From: Clostridia bacterium
Lineage (GTDB): Bacteria > Bacillota > Clostridia > UBA1212 > UBA1255
Assembly (NCBI GenBank): GCA_017560765.1
Contig: JAFZEI010000028.1
Coordinates: forward strand, 361 to 64,360
DNA: 64,000 nt
Direction of reading: 5' to 3'
Shown here: positions 1 through 6,900 of the stretch, piece after piece
Layout: the number at the start of each line of letters is the position of its first letter
Position numbering within the stretch: position 1 is the stretch's first letter
The notes under the pieces: model-generated
Told to the model about the DNA's origin: nothing
Database searches by the model: none
The model's input: only the letters and a program-made list of their open reading frames with translations
Program-made: the position numbers and the translations under genes

Positions 1-142
1 GTCTGTAAACAACGGTGATAGCTACAATTAAAACGCCCACAATATGAATATTAGGAAAGGCTTCCATAAGTATTTTGGAGGCATACATCAAGGCGCCTAA
101 CATTCCGAATATTGCAATTTCTTTAACATTTAATTTCATATA

Positions 143-595
143 TTACTCAACCTTAAATGCATAAGTGGAGCCGGCTGTGATTTCCGTAGAGTCAACGCCT
201 GACATGGCATACTCGCCGCCTACGTAAAATGCCCAGTATTTGCCATCTTTGTCAAAATCAACGGTGATGCCGTTTACTGTTTTAACATACAAGCCGTAAT
301 CGCCTTGCTCGCCATCAATAAGGTTAAGCTCTAAAAGTGCCTCTCCTACAATTTTTTTGTCCGTGTGAATTTCGAACACGGTTTCTTTCCCGTCTGCTTC
401 TATCACGGAGAAGAAGAATTTGGTAGCACCTTGTCCAAGTATGTTTTCAGACGGAATGATGCTCGGGTCTGCCGCTGCTGTAGGTGCAGCTTTGTCTTTG
501 TTATCGTTACAACCTGTTGCAATAAGTGCTGTAGCCGCAATAAGCACAACGCAAAGGAGGCAAGACAACAATTTTAAAAATCGTTTGTTTTGCAT
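143..595 (-). CDS. Secreted lipoprotein with a DUF4430-like (transcobalamin-like) C-terminal domain. It has a signal peptide and a lipobox (TGC).
   Basis: The N-terminus is a signal peptide plus lipobox. The C-terminal stretch YWAFYVGGEYAMSGVDSTEITAGSTYAFK fits the DUF4430 pattern. A B12-riboswitch-like leader lies upstream. Confidence 0.55.
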   Translation of the reverse strand: MQNKRFLKLLSCLLCVVLIAATALIATGCNDNKDKAAPTAAADPSIIPSENILGQGATKFFFSVIEADGKETVFEIHTDKKIVGEALLELNLIDGEQGDYGLYVKTVNGITVDFDKDGKYWAFYVGGEYAMSGVDSTEITAGSTYAFKVE

Positions 596-619
596 AATAA
601 AAACTCCTTTATATTTTAT

Positions 620-870
620 TTGTATAAAAATCTCTTAGTCGGCACTCGCAACTTGTATAAGAGTCGGCTTTAACGGCAGAAAAGTATTTCGACTCGGCGC
701 AATGAAAATCCGCCTTCTCAAGAATTTTTATTCTCAATGGCTTGTCCTTGATTTGCGGCATCAAGTAGGAATCTCATTATTTGTTGTGCGCCTCACGGCG
801 ACGGGCTCGTACAGGATTTGCACCTGTTTCCGTTTCTGCAACAGCCGTGTTAATGGTATAACATATTTTG
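620..870 (-). ncRNA. Cobalamin (B12) riboswitch in the 5' leader of the lipoprotein gene.
   Basis: The minus-strand core reads AAACGGAAACAGGTGCAAATCCTGTACGAGCCCGTCGCCGTGAGG, matching the conserved GGTGnAAnTCC...GCCCG.C.CTGTGA aptamer core. Downstream there is an AGCCAttgaGAA...GAGAAGGC segment and a weak hairpin plus U-run before the AAGGAG ribosome-binding site. Confidence 0.5.
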
Positions 871-935
871 CGTGATTTTTAAAGTGTTTTTTGATATAAT
901 TGTAACTGTTATTTGAAAGGAAGATAAGTAAGGAT

Positions 936-1412
936 ATGTTTAGAGATTTAACGCGAAAGAATAAACAGCTTTCATCGGAGGAATGTGTAGAGATTCTAAC
1001 TAATGAAACTCGCGGTGTGCTTAGTGTAAACGGAGATGACGGGTACCCTTACGGCATGCCTATGAATCATTTTTATGACGATAAAAGCGGGAAAATATAT
1101 TTTCATTGCGGCAGGGGCGGTCACAGAAATGATTCGCTTGTTAAAGATAGTAAAGTTTCCTTCTGCGTATACGACAAGGGGTATTGCAAAGAGGGCGAAT
1201 GGGCTCTTAATGTAAAAAGTGTAATTGTTTTCGGTACGATAAAAATAATTAATGATATTGATGTGATAAAAGATATTACCCATAAGCTCAGTCATAAGTT
1301 TACGCAGGACGAAGATTATATCAATAAGGAAATTAAAGCTTTTGCCCCTGTGACATCACTTTTGGAGCTGACGCCTGAACATATTTGCGGAAAGTTGGTC
1401 AATGAATCATAG
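936..1412 (+). CDS. Pyridoxamine 5'-phosphate oxidase-family / Nim-like FMN-binding split-barrel protein.
   Basis: 158 aa. It has the typical GYPYGMPMN...YFHCGRGG pattern of PNPOx/NimA-like flavoproteins. Confidence 0.5.
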   Translation: MFRDLTRKNKQLSSEECVEILTNETRGVLSVNGDDGYPYGMPMNHFYDDKSGKIYFHCGRGGHRNDSLVKDSKVSFCVYDKGYCKEGEWALNVKSVIVFGTIKIINDIDVIKDITHKLSHKFTQDEDYINKEIKAFAPVTSLLELTPEHICGKLVNES

Positions 1413-1436
1413 ATGTAAATATTTTAAAAAAAGTGG

Positions 1437-1465
1437 TTGACAAGTGTTTCTTTATGTTGTATTAT
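1437..1465 (+). promoter_or_regulatory. Sigma-70 promoter driving tRNA-Glu, of the form TTGACA-17-TATTAT.
   Basis: TTGACA at 1437-1442, a 17-nt spacer, then TATTAT at 1460-1465, about 12 nt before the tRNA 5' end. Confidence 0.6.
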
Positions 1466-1477
1466 AGCGGAGCTTGA

Positions 1478-1552
1478 GGCTCATTGGTCAAGAGGCTAAG
1501 ACGCCGCCCTCTCACGGCGGAAACAGGGGTTCGATTCCCCTATGAGTCACCA
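1478..1552 (+). tRNA. tRNA-Glu with anticodon CTC.
   Basis: Hand-folded cloverleaf. Acceptor stem is ggctcat/atgagtc, anticodon stem ccgcc/ggcgg with loop cTCTCac, T-arm agggg-TTCGATT-cccct, discriminator A, and encoded CCA. Confidence 0.75.
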
Positions 1553-1553
1553 A

Positions 1554-1587
1554 AACCGAACTAATCAGATTAGTTCGGTTTTTTTAT
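1554..1587 (+). terminator. Rho-independent terminator after tRNA-Glu.
   Basis: Hairpin ccgaacta...tagttcgg followed by TTTTTTT. Confidence 0.7.
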
Positions 1588-1592
1588 TACTT

Positions 1593-1781
1593 TTATTTGC
1601 CTTTGTTATCGTCAGAAAGTTGCTTGTATATCTGATTAGAAAAAATACTCACCGCTGCAACCAAAACGCCTTGTGTAACCGACGTAAATATCGCAATCAA
1701 AACTTCTTTAAAACCGGATATGTCAGACGAAGCAAATACCCATAAAGCTGACAAAATTATTCCGATTGTTCCAAGTATCAA
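1593..1781 (-). CDS. Small hydrophobic membrane protein (62 aa) immediately downstream of sigma-fusion gene A.
   Basis: Two predicted transmembrane helices. It sits 21 nt after the stop of the 540-aa sigma-fusion gene and before the terminator hairpin. Coding status is uncertain. Confidence 0.3.
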   Translation of the reverse strand: MILGTIGIILSALWVFASSDISGFKEVLIAIFTSVTQGVLVAAVSIFSNQIYKQLSDDNKGK

Positions 1782-1802
1782 AGGGATACGAGTATCAGAT
1801 AA

Positions 1803-3425
1803 TCAATTTATAAAAAGAGCCATTCCAAGCGAAGATTTACTGGGATCGTCGGGCAGTTTTAAATAACCTTCTTCAACCAGATCATGAATGGCCATCATAC
1901 GCATTGCATATAATTCCATACCAATATAAAATTCCATATTTTTATGCAATACCTGATGAGTGTATTTTTTTAATATAGTCTCCACCTTTTTATACAAATC
2001 CGTCACATTTTGAACAAGCCACTGTATGTCATCCGGTAAAATATCTGGGGGTTCTCCCTCCTTTGCGCGTACTACGACAATATCAGGAATTAAATATCCG
2101 TCTTCGGACAAATGAGCATACCTGCCATTTATCGATTCCCAAACTCTTTTTTCATTATCGCTTAATGAAGATATTTTTTTGTTTTCTTTTATACAGCTGC
2201 ACATTAATTCGACTTCTTGGCTGTTTGGCTCTCCGCATTGCTCCCACATAGAATAATCTCCGCATTTGTATACATTAAAAGCACCACTATCAGTGATATA
2301 ACCATTACATCCCATTATGGTTATTTCCGGAAGTTCCACCGTTTCATAACCAACAAATCCCCAAGATTCTCCATTAGCCCTTTTAGGCAACTTACCGTCA
2401 AAACCTCCGTATAATCCATTAGGATTCTGTTCTTGTTGCACCATGTTGATCAACACATCAATAGCAAACGGAACCAAAAGCCAACGAATAGTGTTATCTT
2501 CTATATGAGGATATTCACAAAAAGCCGAACGATCTTCATTCAATCTGTTTTCTATAAGTTCACGTATCAAGCGGCTTCTTTCTTTTGATTCTTGACGCAG
2601 AGCGTTATAGATTTCCATACGACATTCTTTATCTAATATGAAGAAATTAGTTATATATTTATCTCCTTGCTTTTCAAGAAGCGTAGCTTGATGGAGTAGG
2701 TTCACTTCTTCCTCCATATACGGAAGTGCCACACCAAGTTCAATGGATAATTCTTCAAGTGTAGAAGGGTTATTGTTTGCTTGTAATAAAATATTATTTG
2801 GTATTTTTCTATTTACCGCTCTCCAAGGCAGACCTGTAGGTTGAGCTCCGTCTGCCGCATATGTTATATTTTCAGGGTTATAACTGCGTTTTCCAAATGT
2901 TCTTGCCATTTCCATACCTTCTTTCAAAATGTTTCTTGCGCGAAAAAGTCTCTGTTTTACCGCGCTTTCCGTAAGTGAAAGTGCTGATGCAATGTCACGA
3001 ATACTTTTATTTTCTATATAATAAGTAACGACAATATTTCGGTAATCGCTCTTGATGAATGCCAGCTCACGCCTGAGCAAAGCCATCTGCTCTGAATGTA
3101 TTAATTCATCAGAAATGCTTTCGTTAGCGTCCTCAATTTCATAATCATATACATCTTTATCGGTTACTGATTCATTTCGATTATGTTTTTCTTTTGCCCA
3201 TACAGAATAACGATTACGTGCGATTTGCCATATCCATGCAGAAAAATCATTCGGTATTGTACCTTTGTTTAATGCCATAATAATTTGAAACGCAATATCC
3301 TGTGTCAAATCATCTGCGTCATTTGGGTTACCCGTCTTTTTCAAACAAAAGTAAAATATCTTTTCTGCATAGTTTTCGCTAAATTCGTTGATAAGCTTAT
3401 CTTTTATTTCGTTCGATTCTTGCAT
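1803..3425 (-). CDS. ECF-type sigma-70 factor (regions 2 and 4) fused to an uncharacterised ~350-aa C-terminal domain. Referred to here as sigma-fusion A.
   Basis: The N-terminal ~180 aa carry sigma2 (DADDLTQDIAF...WIWQIARNRY) and sigma4 (IRDIASALSLTESAVKQRLFRAR). This is followed by a YNPENITY linker, a second HTH-like segment (TLEELSIELGVALPYMEEEV) and a long Cys/Trp-containing domain. There are no transmembrane segments. Confidence 0.6.
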   Translation of the reverse strand: MQESNEIKDKLINEFSENYAEKIFYFCLKKTGNPNDADDLTQDIAFQIIMALNKGTIPNDFSAWIWQIARNRYSVWAKEKHNRNESVTDKDVYDYEIEDANESISDELIHSEQMALLRRELAFIKSDYRNIVVTYYIENKSIRDIASALSLTESAVKQRLFRARNILKEGMEMARTFGKRSYNPENITYAADGAQPTGLPWRAVNRKIPNNILLQANNNPSTLEELSIELGVALPYMEEEVNLLHQATLLEKQGDKYITNFFILDKECRMEIYNALRQESKERSRLIRELIENRLNEDRSAFCEYPHIEDNTIRWLLVPFAIDVLINMVQQEQNPNGLYGGFDGKLPKRANGESWGFVGYETVELPEITIMGCNGYITDSGAFNVYKCGDYSMWEQCGEPNSQEVELMCSCIKENKKISSLSDNEKRVWESINGRYAHLSEDGYLIPDIVVVRAKEGEPPDILPDDIQWLVQNVTDLYKKVETILKKYTHQVLHKNMEFYIGMELYAMRMMAIHDLVEEGYLKLPDDPSKSSLGMALFIN

Positions 3426-3589
3426 CTTTGCTCTCCTTTCATTTTAATAGTGTGGCATTTTTCAAATTGGTTACATTGATTTATAAAAAATTTTTTTATT
3501 TATTATTCTTCATGATAATATTATTGCGGTTCGGCCTTGAAATAAAATTTTCATTATTTTAGCACAAAAACAAGAAACCATCTACAAAA

Positions 3590-3632
3590 ACCGCCGAGAG
3601 TTACAATGACAGTTACTCTCGGCGGTTTTGTT
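3590..3632 (-). terminator. Bidirectional rho-independent terminator after sigma-fusion gene B.
   Basis: ccgccgagagt-loop-actctcggcgg with flanking A and T runs. Confidence 0.6.
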
Positions 3633-3633
3633 A

Positions 3634-6600
3634 TTATTGTTTATCAATCATATTTTTAGCTCGTTCGATATATTCCTTGAAACAGTCCTCGTTTCGGACA
3701 GAGTCGAACCATTCCCAGCCATAAGGTGCGGTCAGACCGTAATACATAAGGCTGCAAGTTTCATTAAACAGATGTTCATAAGATATAGGTTCTATCGTGT
3801 CATCGGGAAGTTTTATTAAACTCTTTCCTTTAATCACTTTTATATCACCGTAAATCAGCGGATCACCTACATCCATTTCCGTACCATTGGGGATGCTATC
3901 CCATTTAGTATAAATTTCAAATGCTTTTTCAAGCAACTCATAACCTTCCTCTTTTTTACCGCATCCAAAAAGAGCACACGCAGTACGGAAACTTGTGCTT
4001 GCGTAAAGTCCTAGCCAAGCATTCGGCACTTCACCATCTCCGAGACTTTCCATCATTTTCAAACGATACTTATTCCAAGCAACTGCTTTTCCTTGTGCTG
4101 CCCAATTTCTTGACGGACGTCCAAAAAAATGACAAAGAATATGAAAATTGTTGGCATCATGACGAAGGCGGCTTTCTTCGTGTTTTCCTTGATCCCATAA
4201 ACGTTCTTCGACGATTTCTGCTTGGATTTGACTATATTGAGTAATAGGCGGCGGAAGCTTACGAACACCTGTAAGGTCAGAAAATACAACGATATCTCCG
4301 TCTTCATCTGCTACGAATGCATATTCAGCAGCACCGACAAAGCCATCAGTTAAATCAATTGCATCATAACGGCGCACAAGTCCATCCTTCACAGGCATAT
4401 AACCCTCGCCTGTTCCCTCGTAAGAGGTCAGCTCATAAACTGCTGTTTTAGCGCCACCACAGTATTCATTTTCGGTACGAACAATACCGATTTTATAAGC
4501 AAAATAGTAAACTTTCTTGCCGCCGCGGTACGACCAACCGTCATTCATTCCGTCAATATCAAGACAAAGCTTGAAGCAATTATCAAACGTACCCGCCTTA
4601 GTGGTAACAGTGCCGCCATTCTCACATGTAATTTTCGTTTTGAAAGTTCTATCCCATTTTGTATACTCAACAATGGGATATGCACCTATGCGCCACTCGT
4701 CAGACCAAATGCAATTTGTCGCATCTTGTAAAATCCCAAATATATCATTATATAGAATTGGTTTTTCAGCTGCACCCATACCGCCTGCACATTTCCACTC
4801 AAAAGACCAACGAGAATTATATTCTGTGAGAAATAAAGAATTTGATTTCTTTTGGATATATTCCCTACAGAAGAAATTCCAATGTCCCGTGGTGGTATAA
4901 TCGGGATTAAAAGTGGTATCGGCAGACAATATTCTTCGCGCTACCGACGCCGCGGCTTTTGTATGAGCCTTTTCCATTGGTGTCACAGAAAGTTGTTCGG
5001 CGCGTTCTATGGCGGAATACACGTCACATATATACGACCTGCCGTTAGCTTCGTTATGGCAAACATAGTCATTGGCTATTTTTTGCACCATATCAAGCCA
5101 AGAGTTATTATCATAATCAATTCTCTGAGTATTTCCCCAATATGAAAAAATAATATGTTCATTATCAGCATATGAAACATCAATCCTCAGTTCAGACAAA
5201 ACAGTATCGGGAGCATACATAGCATCGTATTCCCAAGTATTTCCGGAGAACACGGGAAGAAATCCACTGCCACCTTTTATTTCATATTTGCTGAGAAGGT
5301 GCGTAACTGTCGTTCCATCTGTGATATGATCTTGACGAACTATACCAACACCGTCTTTATAATAAGTTCTGCATACGATTTTTTGTACATCCGTCCAACG
5401 CCTGACTTCCCAAAGCTGACATTTTTCATATCTGCCCGAAGGAGTATCTACCAATTCATTGTCCGAAATGTAAGTAAGTTTCGTGCCATCAGAACCTACG
5501 TAGGTTTCTCCCTGAGAAACCTCTGCAAAGAAAAAGCCGTCACAACTTGAGGCATTACGCAGTATATGTGGGCTCTTGCTATCTATAGAGCCGAGAAAAC
5601 CTTGGCAAAAACCATTCTCTGTCCAATAGCGTGGTTTACCGTTTATAATACGGATTTCTTCGGCACCTGCGCTTATCAGATAGCGTTCTTTTACTGTTTC
5701 TTTATATCGTGTTTGCAAAACGTCTTCCATTTTGCGAGCCCAAGGCACAAGCACACGATAAATATCATCTTTTGCAAGAATTTCTTCTGCTTTGTCATAT
5801 GCCGCTAGCCCCTCCTCTGCTCTGCCTTCTCTAAACAAAAAATATCCGAGCCAATACCACTCGCGTCCGAGAGACTTAACAAATCCTGCTTTTTCAAGAC
5901 GCGGTATCTGCTTGTCACGAATAAAGTCAATGCGCGCCCCACCGTATACCTTTGAATCCTCTCGGTCAACAATAAAACACATTACTTCTTCATTCTTGCC
6001 CTCCATAGCAGCATTTGCAATTCTAGCAAACAGAGCATCATTCTTTTCGCCCGGAAGCCACCACCATCCTCGCATCAGCACATCAGCAATAGCGTGTTGC
6101 TTTTCAGTACATTCGGGAAGTTCCTCTACTTCGCGAAGCACCTTCGTGTACACCTTTTCAAAACCACATTTATCATTCTTGACTTGCCATAATTTCAGCT
6201 CTTCAACCTTCTTCATAACACGCTGTACAAGAGTATCATTATACTTCTCATTCATAGCACAAAGTTCCTTTCTGATTCGTTTTCTGCCGTCATGAAGTTG
6301 CCACTTGACTGTCCCTTCGGAAATTCTCATACGGTCTGCTATTTCCGCAATAGAAAGCTCTTCAAAATAGTGCAGATGTATAATCTGCCTTACTTTTTGC
6401 GGTAGCATCCCAACAATTTTGTCAACCTCATTTCGTTCTTCGGAAAGTGCATACAACTCTTCGGGATTCTTTGCTCTGTAGTCGGAAATACTGAGATTAT
6501 CCACCACATCAAGCGGAAGGAAACTGCGATATCTGCTTATCATATTTATTGCGCAGTTTTGAGCAATACGGCATACCCAGGAAGCGTACTTTTTCGTATC

Positions 6601-6801
6601 CTGCAGAGTATTTAGTTTCATCCAAGCTGTAACAAAAGCATCCTGAGCGGCATCCTCTGCCATAAAATGATTTTTAGTTATTTTCATTGCAGCGGATATC
6701 ACCATATTCTGATAACGAGTTACCAAAATCTCGTATGCATTTTGTTCGCCTGCAAGTGTGAGCATTACCAGCGTTTCGTCCGTTTCATTTTTATAGTACA
6801 T
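3634..6801 (-). CDS. Giant (~1055 aa) ECF-type sigma-70 factor fused to a ~870-aa cytoplasmic C-terminal extension. Referred to here as sigma-fusion B.
   Basis: sigma2 (YEILVTRYQNMV...ASWVCRIAQN) and sigma4 (LSIAEIADRMRISEGTVKWQLHDGRKRIRK) occupy the first ~200 aa. The remainder has TPR-like helical stretches (GREWYWLGYFLFREGRAEEGLAAYDKAEEI; LLEKAFEIYTKW) and two Gly/Thr/Tyr-rich beta-type modules. The likely start is the ATG after the AAGGAG ribosome-binding site (MYYKNETDE); the ORF track extends it to 6867. Confidence 0.55.
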   Translation of the reverse strand: MYYKNETDETLVMLTLAGEQNAYEILVTRYQNMVISAAMKITKNHFMAEDAAQDAFVTAWMKLNTLQDTKKYASWVCRIAQNCAINMISRYRSFLPLDVVDNLSISDYRAKNPEELYALSEERNEVDKIVGMLPQKVRQIIHLHYFEELSIAEIADRMRISEGTVKWQLHDGRKRIRKELCAMNEKYNDTLVQRVMKKVEELKLWQVKNDKCGFEKVYTKVLREVEELPECTEKQHAIADVLMRGWWWLPGEKNDALFARIANAAMEGKNEEVMCFIVDREDSKVYGGARIDFIRDKQIPRLEKAGFVKSLGREWYWLGYFLFREGRAEEGLAAYDKAEEILAKDDIYRVLVPWARKMEDVLQTRYKETVKERYLISAGAEEIRIINGKPRYWTENGFCQGFLGSIDSKSPHILRNASSCDGFFFAEVSQGETYVGSDGTKLTYISDNELVDTPSGRYEKCQLWEVRRWTDVQKIVCRTYYKDGVGIVRQDHITDGTTVTHLLSKYEIKGGSGFLPVFSGNTWEYDAMYAPDTVLSELRIDVSYADNEHIIFSYWGNTQRIDYDNNSWLDMVQKIANDYVCHNEANGRSYICDVYSAIERAEQLSVTPMEKAHTKAAASVARRILSADTTFNPDYTTTGHWNFFCREYIQKKSNSLFLTEYNSRWSFEWKCAGGMGAAEKPILYNDIFGILQDATNCIWSDEWRIGAYPIVEYTKWDRTFKTKITCENGGTVTTKAGTFDNCFKLCLDIDGMNDGWSYRGGKKVYYFAYKIGIVRTENEYCGGAKTAVYELTSYEGTGEGYMPVKDGLVRRYDAIDLTDGFVGAAEYAFVADEDGDIVVFSDLTGVRKLPPPITQYSQIQAEIVEERLWDQGKHEESRLRHDANNFHILCHFFGRPSRNWAAQGKAVAWNKYRLKMMESLGDGEVPNAWLGLYASTSFRTACALFGCGKKEEGYELLEKAFEIYTKWDSIPNGTEMDVGDPLIYGDIKVIKGKSLIKLPDDTIEPISYEHLFNETCSLMYYGLTAPYGWEWFDSVRNEDCFKEYIERAKNMIDKQ

Positions 6802-6900
6802 ATGCATCTCCTTCTTTTTATAAAATCGGAAATTTCCAATTTTTAAGCGCTTGTTTATTAGACACAAAGCACTATGAAAAGGTTGGGTGAAGTAAAAATA

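Noticed and set aside
996-1295. Antisense ORFs inside annotated genes (for example 996-1295, 4059-4307, 5792-6295, 20676-21073 and 40819-41334)
   Set aside because: They are fully embedded in and antisense to well-supported genes. They have low-complexity or odd composition and no ribosome-binding sites, as expected for random ORFs at this AT content.
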